From: Candidatus Multivoradales bacterium
GTDB taxonomy: Bacteria > Acidobacteriota > Thermoanaerobaculia > Multivoradales > J023
Length of the DNA stretch: 64,000 bases
Direction of reading: 5' to 3'
Assembly (NCBI GenBank): GCA_965248925.1
Contig: CBDFLE010000006.1
Coordinates: 4,000,001 to 4,064,000, forward strand
In this document: piece after piece, positions 9,206 through 18,007 of the stretch
Layout: each line of letters starts with the position of its first letter
Position numbering within the stretch: the first letter of the stretch is position 1
Position numbers and translations under genes: made by a program
Notes under the pieces: generated by a model
What the model saw: the letters and a program-made list of their open reading frames with translations, nothing else
Database searches by the model: none
Told to the model about the DNA's origin: nothing

Positions 9206-10369
9206 TTGGATCATCCCAATATCGCCAAAGTGTTCGATGCTGGCGCTACTGAAAAGGGACGTTCGTTTTTTGTTTTGGAGTTGGTCGCGGGAGAGGCGAT
9301 CACCCGCTACTGCGATCGACACCAACTGTCGCCGGAGCAGGCCGAACGGGTCCTCGATATCGATGGCAGAACCGATATCTACTCTCTGGGAGTAGTGCTC
9401 TACGAACTGCTTGCCGGTTGTTTGCCAGTCGATGGTGGCGAGCTACGCTCTAGATCGGTGCGGCGCTTGGGGGAAGTGTTTCAAGCCACTGGACCGCCGG
9501 TTCCGAGCAGCCGGATGAGTGGCCAAGACAAGCTGACGTCGACAATTGCCGCGGACCGTCGGACACAGCCTGCCGCTTTGCGCCGGGAGTTGCGCGGCGA
9601 TCTCGATTGGATCGCTATGAAGGCGCTGGAAAGGGACCGTGAGCGCCGCCTTGACGGCGCCTCGGAGCTGGCTGAAGAAATCGCTCGCCACTCGCGCCAT
9701 CAGCCGGTGCTGGCCGGACCGCCGACCTTCGTCTGTCGGACCAGCAAGTTCCTGCGCCGCCATCGGCTCGGCGTGACGGTGGCGGCCAGCATTCTGGCGC
9801 TGCTGCTGACTTTCACCGTGCTCATCGCCAGGCATTCGATCGAGTTAGGGTGGGCGTTGGAACAGAGTGAACGGGAGACGCGCAAAGCAGCCGAGGTATC
9901 GAGCTTTCTCTCCGCGTTATTCGCGGTGGTCGATCCGGCTGAGTCCCGCGGCGGTAGCCTCGAATTGCGGCGGTAGCAGCTCGGCGAGGAGCAGGTGACT
10001 CGAGCTATCACTTTGCTGAATCTCGGCGTGCTCAAACGGCAGACCGGCCGGCACAAAGAAGCCGAAGGCTTCTATCGTCAGGCCCTCCACCTAGAGCAGC
10101 GCTTGCTAGGACTCGATCATCCGACGGTCGCCATTCCGCATCACAATCTGGCGACCTTGTTGCGTCGGCAGGGGCGGATCGAGGAGGCCGAAGCCGAGAT
10201 ACGGCGAGCGGTCGAGATCCTGCGGGCTGCCCATGGACCAACACATCCCCACGTCGCCCGCTCGCAAGCGGCGCTCGGCAAGAGCGTACTCACAGCTGGC
10301 CGGCCGCTAGAGGCGGAGATTCTGCTGTGCCGGGCAGAGCGAGTGTTGGGCAGTTCGCTGCCTGCGTAG
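9206..10369 (+). pseudogene. Deleted Ser/Thr protein kinase-TM-TPR gene
   Basis: HPNIAKVFDAG..ELVAG joined to SPEQAE..TDIYSLGVVLYELL..DLDWIAMKALE; HRD and DFG missing. Stop at 9976, then TPR repeats (LGLDHPTVA..HNLA) at 9995-10369. Confidence 0.8.
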
Positions 10370-10540
10370 ACCTCGTGGACCAAGGCGGTGGGTTGCAGGG
10401 TTGAGGCCCGGGCGTTCCCTGGCCACCCGCCCGCTGGCGATGCGGCGCAGTTCTGAATAGACCAGCGGTAGGAACTCTTCCGCAGCTTCGGAATCGCCAT
10501 CACTGATGGCGTTGAGTAGTTGGGTTGTGTGTCCTGACAT
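10365..10540 (-). pseudogene. N-terminal fragment of an STK-associated ECF sigma factor, frameshifted
   Basis: [36 protein letters not shown] in one frame and [12 protein letters not shown] in another. Confidence 0.8.
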
Positions 10541-11002
10541 TGATCATGCCTTGCGTGCTTGTGGCGAGAGCCAACGCGACTTGAAGTATCGCAGATTCGG
10601 CCACGCTCTAGTGTTGCCGCCGTTCAGCGTTACGAACGCAATTTCGGTTGCCTAGATCTTCCGCTCCGGCTTCGAGCCTGGCGCAATGCGTGACGATTTA
10701 GCGCCGCTGTTCTTGAGCCGCAGCTAGTTCGAGTGTTGTAGTCGCCAACTGGCGTCAGGCTCTGTATTGCCACTGTCGAGCAACAGATGCTGAGCTTTTT
10801 CCCGGTGCATCTGGCTGAGGTCTGGGCGCGATGGACAAGGAAGAGGCAATTTGAGCAGGGCACCTGCCGACCACCTCGGGTGACCCGGGTGGTCCGTAGG
10901 TGGTCTGGGCTCCTGAGCCACCAACTGCAAGGTGTGCCGACACTCGCTGTGCTTCGTCTGCACTCCAGAGACTGATATTTATTGGCCAAGCAGTGGGGTG
11001 GC

Positions 11003-12994
11003 TCACCGGTCTGGGCTCGAAGGTGCTGGCTCGGGCCACCAGGGGGGTATTTTGCCAAGGTTTGCGAGGAATCGCGGATCGTCTCGCAGCGAGTCGAAAG
11101 CCGGGCTCTTCAGCGAGTGGGGCAACCAGAGATTTTGCTCCTGAGCAGCTCTTGCCAACCAATCGAGCCCTTCCTCCGTTCGGCCTGCTCCGGAGTATGC
11201 CGCGGCAACCCAGGTTGGGTACCCGGGGTCTCGTTGCCTTCTGGAGAGCAGAACCTGCAGCTCCCAGGCGTAGTAGCCGATCATTCCTTTCTCTTGGGTT
11301 GAGCGCCTGAGTTCGGCGATCTGCCGACTGTCGAGTCTCTCTCGCTCTACGGCCGAACCGACCAGAATCTCAAGAGACTGCTCCTCTTCTCCCAAGCGAG
11401 CGAAGGCCCAAGCCTTTTCACGAGCGATCCACTGGAATCTACCGCCGAGCGCCTCCGCGTCTTGGAAGCGGCTCAGCGCTCGTCGGTAGCTCCCGGCGGC
11501 GTTCAGGCGCTGGCCGGCCGCAGCGTGGATCAGTGGCGACAGCGGGTCGAGTTCGAGGGCGGTTTCGATCTCGCGTAGCGCCTCTTGGTGTCGGCCGATG
11601 AGCGAAAGCAGCTCCGAGTACCACTGGTGAGCGGTGCCGTAGCTCCGCTCGAGCTCGATGGCGCGCCGATAGGCAGTCTCGGAGCCCGACCAGTCGTGAT
11701 CGCGCTGGAGCCGAAGCAAGCCCAGCGCGGCATGCGTCGGAGCGAACCCCGGGTCCAGCTCGATCGCCTTGCTGATCGCTGCCTCCGCTCCAGCGTAAGC
11801 CGCGTCCTCGGGTCGGCCGAGATAGGAGTTGCCCAGCAGGTGGGCAATTGCCAACGCTGCCCAAGCTGGCGCAAAGCCTGAGTCGAGTTCAACGGCGCGC
11901 TCCAGCAAATCGAGCCCGCGAGCGAGTTCCCTTCGCTGCTGAATCACTTGGTGGCCCTGCAAGTAGGCGCGATAGGCCTCGGGATTGATCGGGTCTTCGC
12001 GGGTCAGCCGATTTGCTTCGGCAGGACTGAGCTTGGTGCGGGTCAGGTCGGCAACGTCCTTGGCGACTTCGCGCTGAAGTTCCAGCACTTCGGAGAAGCG
12101 TCGATCGTAGCTGCGGCTTAAGACGTGTTCGTCCAGATCGGGACGAATCAACTGAGCTGTGATCCGCAAACGTTGATCGACCACCAACACCGAACCCTCG
12201 AGCAGGTAGTCGACGCCCAGTGCTTGGGCGATCTCCGATGCCAGGGCGTCTGAGTCGCGGAAACGCATTGACGAGGCGGGCGAAACGACTCTCAACCCGG
12301 AAAAACCGGCGAGTTGGTGGATCAGCTCCGCCGTAAGTCCGGTGGCGATATAGGCGATCTCTGGGTCCGGTGAGAGGTTCTTGAAGGGCAGGACGGCGAT
12401 ACCGGGTCGCCGGAGTATCTCGACTGCGCCAGCCGAAGCCGGATTGGCGTTCCGAGCCAGCCGTTCACTACCCCATCTGCCCAGCCACAGAGCCATCAAA
12501 GCGAGCAGGATGGCCAGGACGATTGGCATCTGCCAGCGCCTGAGTCTGCTGTGGGACCACCCCTGGGTCTCCGGGTTTGCTTTGGAGTTCGCTATCGGCG
12601 ATATCCCTGACTTGCTGGAGTGAGGTTGCACCGGAGCTATCAGCCGGTAGCCCCGCCGCGGGAGGGTCTCGATGTAGCTCGGTTCCTGGGCGTTGTCCCC
12701 GAGCGCCTGGCGCAGCAGTGACATCGCGCGACTGAGGGTCTCGTCCACCACCGCCCGCCCTTCCCAGACCTCGTCGAGAATCTCGGCCCGTGAGATCACC
12801 TCGGACGGCCGTTCGGCGAGGAAGATCAGCAGGCGCATCGCCATCGGCTCAAGCTGGCGAACGTCGGAGCCTCGCAGCAGCCGTGAGTCCTCCGGCACGG
12901 CGAGCCAATCGCCGATCTCGAACGACGAGCAATCCACTGGCGGCCTGTGGCCCAAGATCGAAGTTTCTGGGGATGATGCCGGTCCTAAGCTCAT
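11003..12994 (-). CDS. CadC-like winged-helix regulator with TM, TolB-like N-terminal and TPR domains
   Basis: LEPMAMRLL..SRAEILDEVW..LRQALGD..YIETLPRRGYRL; TM helix; IAVLPFKNLS; LEGSV; TPR repeats. Confidence 0.9.
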   Translation of the reverse strand: MSLGPASSPETSILGHRPPVDCSSFEIGDWLAVPEDSRLLRGSDVRQLEPMAMRLLIFLAERPSEVISRAEILDEVWEGRAVVDETLSRAMSLLRQALGDNAQEPSYIETLPRRGYRLIAPVQPHSSKSGISPIANSKANPETQGWSHSRLRRWQMPIVLAILLALMALWLGRWGSERLARNANPASAGAVEILRRPGIAVLPFKNLSPDPEIAYIATGLTAELIHQLAGFSGLRVVSPASSMRFRDSDALASEIAQALGVDYLLEGSVLVVDQRLRITAQLIRPDLDEHVLSRSYDRRFSEVLELQREVAKDVADLTRTKLSPAEANRLTREDPINPEAYRAYLQGHQVIQQRRELARGLDLLERAVELDSGFAPAWAALAIAHLLGNSYLGRPEDAAYAGAEAAISKAIELDPGFAPTHAALGLLRLQRDHDWSGSETAYRRAIELERSYGTAHQWYSELLSLIGRHQEALREIETALELDPLSPLIHAAAGQRLNAAGSYRRALSRFQDAEALGGRFQWIAREKAWAFARLGEEEQSLEILVGSAVERERLDSRQIAELRRSTQEKGMIGYYAWELQVLLSRRQRDPGYPTWVAAAYSGAGRTEEGLDWLARAAQEQNLWLPHSLKSPAFDSLRDDPRFLANLGKIPPWWPEPAPSSPDR

Positions 12995-13116
12995 CCTAAG
13001 CCAACCCTTTTCACTTTGTCAGGACACCATCGCCACGGATCGCCAAGCATGGGAACCGTCGCACCGACTCTCTCTGCCTGAGAGTATATCGTCTGTTAAC
13101 AATAGGGAGTCCGATC

Positions 13117-14736
13117 ATGTTTCCTCTTCACTCCGGTACCTGGATCTCTTCTTCACCAGGACCAGCCAACGCCTCGGCCAGAGTAGCTCTCGCAATCGGC
13201 CTCGTGCTCGCGTTTGGTGTGGCGGCCAATCCGGCTAGGGCGCAACTCGATATCCCAGGATTCTCGTTTCACGGTGGTTTTGGCGAAGGTCGGATGGGTA
13301 GTGCCGTCGCGGTGGGAGATTTCAATGGTGACGGGTTTGACGACCTGGCGGTCGGCATGCCCAATTTCACTTTCAGCAACTCGCCCGGCCCCGGAGCTTT
13401 GTACATGCTCTACGGCGGGCCGGGAGACTGGTCCCTGATCGAGATCGTCACGCCGGAGGAGTTGGGCAGTTTCGGTGAGCTGGGCGCTCAATTTGCCGCA
13501 GCTTTGGCTGCTGGAGACTTCGACAACGACGGCCATGACGACCTGGCAATAGGTGTTCCGAACCGCACGGTCAGCAGCCAGTTTGCCGCTGGCCAGGTCG
13601 TCGTGGTGTACGGCAGTCCGCAGAACCTTGACCTCGACAGCGCTCAGTTCATCAGCCAGAACTCAATTTCAGGTCTTGCAGAAGTCGGCGATCAATTCGG
13701 CTCTAGTCTGGCGGCGGGCGACCTTTCCGCCGATGGTGTCGATGACCTCGCCATCGGAGTCCACCTGGAGGATCTCCCGGGCGATCTTGGATCGCAGGAG
13801 GATGCCGGAGCGGTCAACGTGCTCTACGGTTTCCAAGACGTCGGCCTGGTTAGCCCCGGTAACCGAATCCTTCATGAAGACAGCCCAGGGGTGAGTCTTA
13901 ACGCGAATGCCGGAGAGCACTTCGGCTACGCGCTCGCCATCGGCCAGTTCACCGGCAACTCGTTCCCCGATCTGGCGGTCGGAGTACCGGGCGAGATCGT
14001 GCTCGGCCCCGGTGCGAAAGGCGCCGTGGTGATTTTTCCCGGCGCGCCCGGTGGCATCGATCCGGTCACCGGGATCGAAGCGTTCTTCAGCCAAGAGACT
14101 CCAGGAATCCTCGGCACCGCGGAAGAAGGCGACAGCTTCGGGTTTGCGCTCGCATCGGGCAACTTTGACGGCGATCTGTGGACGGATCTTGCCATCGGCG
14201 TACCTGGCGAGAGCGAGCTCGGGGCATCCAACTCCGGCGCCGTACAGATTCTCTACGGCGGGCCGATCGGAATCACGGCATTCGGCGATCAGTTCATCGT
14301 CGAGAGCAGTTTCGACACGGATGTGGATCCCTTCGATCGCTTGGGCGTCGCTTTGGCGGCTGGAGACTTCAATGCCGACGGTCGAGACGACTTGGCGATC
14401 GGCGCGCCCTTAGACAATTCGCTCGGCTCTCAGAACTCTGGTGAGGTCGATGTGCTCTACGGCACCGCCAACGGCCTGACGATCGCTGGCGGACAAGTCT
14501 TCAACATGATCTTCTTCGACACCCTGGAGATGGAAGACCTCTTCGGCTCGGCTCTTGCCACGGGGCGCTTCTTCCATCGCTCATCCAAAAGCCAGGATCT
14601 AGCCGTTGGCGTTCCAGGATGGGGTGAGCCCATCGGTGCCGATCCGGGCGCCATCTTGGTAATTCGCAGCCGGTCGATTTTTGCGGATGGATTCGAAACC
14701 GGCGACTTTTCACGTTGGGACATCAGCGTTCCCTGA
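13117..14736 (+). CDS. Secreted FG-GAP (integrin alpha-like) repeat protein with C-terminal IFADGFETG tail
   Basis: About seven FG..LA.GDF..DG.DDLAIG.P repeats; signal peptide ending ARA|Q. Confidence 0.9.
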   Translation: MFPLHSGTWISSSPGPANASARVALAIGLVLAFGVAANPARAQLDIPGFSFHGGFGEGRMGSAVAVGDFNGDGFDDLAVGMPNFTFSNSPGPGALYMLYGGPGDWSLIEIVTPEELGSFGELGAQFAAALAAGDFDNDGHDDLAIGVPNRTVSSQFAAGQVVVVYGSPQNLDLDSAQFISQNSISGLAEVGDQFGSSLAAGDLSADGVDDLAIGVHLEDLPGDLGSQEDAGAVNVLYGFQDVGLVSPGNRILHEDSPGVSLNANAGEHFGYALAIGQFTGNSFPDLAVGVPGEIVLGPGAKGAVVIFPGAPGGIDPVTGIEAFFSQETPGILGTAEEGDSFGFALASGNFDGDLWTDLAIGVPGESELGASNSGAVQILYGGPIGITAFGDQFIVESSFDTDVDPFDRLGVALAAGDFNADGRDDLAIGAPLDNSLGSQNSGEVDVLYGTANGLTIAGGQVFNMIFFDTLEMEDLFGSALATGRFFHRSSKSQDLAVGVPGWGEPIGADPGAILVIRSRSIFADGFETGDFSRWDISVP

Positions 14737-14797
14737 GAGGCGGCCGTCCGGGCGAGTGGCAAACCAGGGCCGCAGTGCATCGAAGCCCTCACCCCAG

Positions 14798-15270
14798 GGC
14801 AAACCCCTAGAGGGGATTTGGCGTGACCGCAGTCTCGAGTACGAAGCCCACCGCCGTGAGCAGGAGGCCGGCTCTGAGACCTTCACCAAACGCCATTCCC
14901 TGCGGCTGGATCCGCTGCCCTGCTGGCGGCACCTGCCGTCTGATGAGATTCGCCGGCGTCTTACCGAGATGGTCGCGGAGATCGATGCTGAAAGCGCCCG
15001 ACGGTTGGTACTCGGCGGCTCCGCGCCCCTGGGTGCGGCAGCGATCCGCAACCAGCACCCACACCAGCGGCTTGCTCGCGGCAAGAAATCTCCGGCGTCA
15101 GCTGCCCATGCAGCATCGAAAGCGGTCCGCAAGCAGTTGAAGGAAGCCTACCGCCTCTTCGTCGAGGCATATCGGCAGGCGGCCGTCCGCTTGCGGTCGG
15201 GCAACTACTCGGTAGAGTTTCCGCAGAGCTGTGTTCCGCCCCCACGGCCCTGTGTTTCGAGCGTCCTTGA
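14798..15270 (+). pseudogene. C-terminal remnant of a probable Y1/RAYT-like transposase
   Basis: LEGIWRDRS..LDPLPCWRHL..HAASKAVRKQLKEAYRLFVEAYRQAA..FPQSCVPP recalls the C-terminus of such transposases; no HUH N-terminus. Confidence 0.5.
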
Positions 15271-15561
15271 GCAGCCAGGAAGTAGGGAGGACCGATCCGG
15301 GTGCCTGGATAGGCTGCGACTTCACGAGGGTCTCTGCTACCAAGAGAGATCGCAAACCATCGGACTTACCTTCTCAATCAACAGGGGAGGTGTGTCCTGA
15401 TTGCACCCGAAAGCAATGACGAGCGATCGGCAGACTTGCTCGATGGTCGCTGCTAGGCCAAAGACCACGATTCCTCGTCGATGGACGCCCGACCCTCTGT
15501 GCCAATGTAGGTGAGACACTCCCGTACCGATAAATTAGTGAGGGCGTGGAGAGCAAACACC

Positions 15562-15975
15562 ATGGCGAGTCCAAGCCACGAGCTGCGAGATATGAGTGCT
15601 GACCGACCAGATCCCGAGGTAACTGAGAAGGCGAAGCGGCGGCGGTACAGCGCGTCGTACAAGCTGAGCATCGTCCAGGCCGCCGACGCCTGTAGCAAAG
15701 CCGGCGAGATTGGCGCCCTGCTTCGCCGGGAGGGTCTGTATTCCTCACTCCTATCGAAGTGGCGCCAGCAACGCGATGCCAGTGCTCTGGCCGGTCTGTC
15801 GAAGAAGCGCGGTCGCAAGCGTCGACCGGTCTCTGCCGAGGCCCGCCGCGTCGCGGAGCTTGAGCGTGAGAATGCCCGGCTCAAGCATCAGCTGTACAAA
15901 GCCGAGACGATCATCGATGTCCAAAAAAAACTTTCCCGGCTGCTAGGGATCGAGCCGAGCGAGAGCCAGCCATGA
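15562..15975 (+). CDS. IS3-family transposase OrfA
   Basis: RRRYSASYKLSIV..ALLRREGLYSSLLSKWR..LERENARL..IIDVQKK; A8 run at 15923-15930. Confidence 0.88.
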   Translation: MASPSHELRDMSADRPDPEVTEKAKRRRYSASYKLSIVQAADACSKAGEIGALLRREGLYSSLLSKWRQQRDASALAGLSKKRGRKRRPVSAEARRVAELERENARLKHQLYKAETIIDVQKKLSRLLGIEPSESQP

Positions 15976-17093
15976 GCGCTGTGGCGCCGCTGGCCGAGAC
16001 GGTGGGGGTGCAAGCAGCCTGCGTCGCCTTGGCGGTCCCCAGAGCCACTTTCTATCGCCGCCGTCGGCAGCAGAGCGCAGGGCCGCAGCTATCAACGCGG
16101 CCTCGACCGCCGCTGGCATTGACGCCCGCTGAACGCCAGGAGGTCCTCGATGTGTTGCACTCGGAGCGCTTCGTCGACCGCTCGCCGCGTCAAGTCTGGG
16201 CGGCGCTGCTGGACGAGGATCAGCGCCATATCTGCTCGGTGCGCACCATGTACCGGGTCCTGGAGTCTGAGGGCGAGCTGCGCGAGCGACGCCGTCAGCG
16301 GCGTCATCCCAACTACACCAAGCCCGAACTGCTGGCCACAGGGCCGAACGAGGTGTGGTCGTGGGACATCACCAAGCTCAAGGGCCCGGTGAAGTGGACC
16401 CACTACTACCTTTACGTAATTCTGGACGTCTTCAGCCGCTACATCGTCGGCTGGATGCTCGCCTGCCGCGAGTCCGGAGGGCTCGCGAAGCGGTTGATCG
16501 CCGACAGTGTTGAGAAGCAAGGTGTTGAGCGAGATCGACTTACCTTGCACTCGGACCGCGGTTCGAGCATGACATCCAAGCCAGTGGCTCTACTGCTGGC
16601 CGATCTCGGGATGACACGGTCGCTGAACCGGCCCTACACGAGCAACGACAATCCGTTCTCTGAGGCCCAGTTCAAGACGCTCAAGTACCATCCGAGCTTT
16701 CCCGACCGCTTCGGATCACTGGAAGATGCACGAGCATTCTGCCGCTCGTTCATCGGCTGGTACAACACGCAGCACTACCACACAGGACTCGGCTTGTTGA
16801 CGCCAGAGACCGTCCACTACGGCCTCACGGCCTCAGTACTGGAGCAACGTCGAGAAGTCCTCGCCGCCGCCTCAGCCGCTCATCCAAGCCGCTTCAAGCG
16901 GCGAGCGCCGGCTTTGCCGGAGCCCAGTGACAAGGTCTGGATCAACCCGCCGACCACCGCCGCCAGCACTGACCCAGTCGATACCGAGAACGTAGTGACA
17001 CACCGCGTACACAACGACGCACCAGGCGAGACCCCTGGCTGCGCGCCCTCGCTGAAAGCGATGGTGCCGGAGCCACTACCGATTCCGTACTAA
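15972..17093 (+). CDS. IS3-family transposase OrfB (DDE integrase core)
   Basis: WSWDITKL, LHSDRG, NDNPFSEAQFKTLK, WYN..H.H; -1 frame relative to orfA. Confidence 0.93.
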   Translation: MSAVAPLAETVGVQAACVALAVPRATFYRRRRQQSAGPQLSTRPRPPLALTPAERQEVLDVLHSERFVDRSPRQVWAALLDEDQRHICSVRTMYRVLESEGELRERRRQRRHPNYTKPELLATGPNEVWSWDITKLKGPVKWTHYYLYVILDVFSRYIVGWMLACRESGGLAKRLIADSVEKQGVERDRLTLHSDRGSSMTSKPVALLLADLGMTRSLNRPYTSNDNPFSEAQFKTLKYHPSFPDRFGSLEDARAFCRSFIGWYNTQHYHTGLGLLTPETVHYGLTASVLEQRREVLAAASAAHPSRFKRRAPALPEPSDKVWINPPTTAASTDPVDTENVVTHRVHNDAPGETPGCAPSLKAMVPEPLPIPY

Positions 17094-17193
17094 TTCCCAG
17101 AAGAAAGTGTCTCACTTTCATTGACACATTCCGCGATAAGAGCGCCCATCGACGAGAGAGTGAGTTTTCCAGAGCTGAGAATCAGCGGCCGTA

Positions 17194-17391
17194 GTGGATG
17201 TTGCCGAGGTGGGTGGCACGCCTGTTGGGGTGGGTGAGCAGGAGGTTCCCAATCTGCTCACCCAAAGCGAAATGGTCGAACGGTGGATGACTCTCGACGC
17301 TTTGGCGACGAGCGACCGGGACCGTATCCTCTACGTCGTCGACTCGCTCATTAGGGAAGCCAAGACCCGCCAGGCTTTCGGCGCCTCTTGA
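17194..17391 (+). pseudogene. C-terminal fragment of an XRE-family regulator
   Basis: DRDRILYVVDSLIREAKTRQAF resembles XRE repressor C-termini; HTH is missing, next to the IS end. Confidence 0.4.
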
Positions 17392-17558
17392 TCCAATATA
17401 GACGGAAACCCGGCTCTCACCGGGCTCGATCAATACAGCTCGCTGATTTCAGTTGGCTTGCAGCGAAACGCCTTCTGGCACCTCCGCAGCAGGCCGATGG
17501 ACTTATCCGAGACGCACGTACCCGGCAGTCCTACGCCGCTACTTGAGCCCAGATGCAC

Positions 17559-17584
17559 GAAAGCCCGGCATCAGCCGGGCTTTC
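17559..17584. terminator. Perfect 11-bp hairpin, likely bidirectional terminator
   Basis: GAAAGCCCGGC-ATCA-GCCGGGCTTTC between convergent units. Confidence 0.65.
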
Positions 17585-17612
17585 TGCGAAACGGTTGGCA
17601 CCTGGCCGCTCA

Positions 17613-17685
17613 GAGCCCAGTCCAATAGTCCTGCACGCTGGGATCTGTGCGGGGACGGCCCGGCGACGGGCCGTCCTACCGCGAC
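17613..17685 (+). mobile_element. Group II intron 3' remnant (degenerate domain V + domain VI)
   Basis: GAGCCCAGT..GCACGCTGGGATCTGTGCGGGG-ACGGCCCG-GCGA-CGGGCCGTCCTACCGCGAC matches the typical DV/DVI terminus; no RT gene. Confidence 0.75.
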
Positions 17686-17710
17686 CGCCTGTTGGGCGCC
17701 TGTTCAGCAG

Positions 17711-18007
17711 CTAGTCAAGTAACAGCGTTTTCGAGACAAGGTGTCTCCAATTCTTCCGATAGGCTCTTGCGAGGTTCCTTCCGCACCAAGGGCAAAACGA
17801 TATATGACTTTCTGTAACTAAAGCGATAGGAGTGGCTAGCAACGGGAGATCATCTTGGTCACGAGTGTCCACCGATCGGATTTGGAGAACGAATCTTGGC
17901 CTGTCGTATTCGGTGTCGCCTACAAGTACAGAAATACCTCGTTCCCCCTGCTGTTCGAAGCGCTCTTTGAACGACGCGCAGCACCACTTTCTTGGAGTTA
18001 ACATCAT
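17711..18007 (-). CDS. Putative Rhs immunity protein with CC..CPWCG motif
   Basis: ATGA overlap with the Rhs stop; 98 aa; visibly AT-richer than the flanks. Confidence 0.7.
   Translation of the reverse strand: MMLTPRKWCCASFKERFEQQGERGISVLVGDTEYDRPRFVLQIRSVDTRDQDDLPLLATPIALVTESHISFCPWCGRNLARAYRKNWRHLVSKTLLLD

Larger units (their letters stand above)
15498..17128 (+). mobile_element. IS3-family insertion sequence, apparently intact
   Basis: 23-bp imperfect terminal inverted repeats: TGTGCCAATGTAGGTGAGACACT (15498-15520) versus reverse complement of 17106-17128, TGTGTCAATGAAAGTGAGACACT (20/23). orfA/orfB lie inside. Confidence 0.9.
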
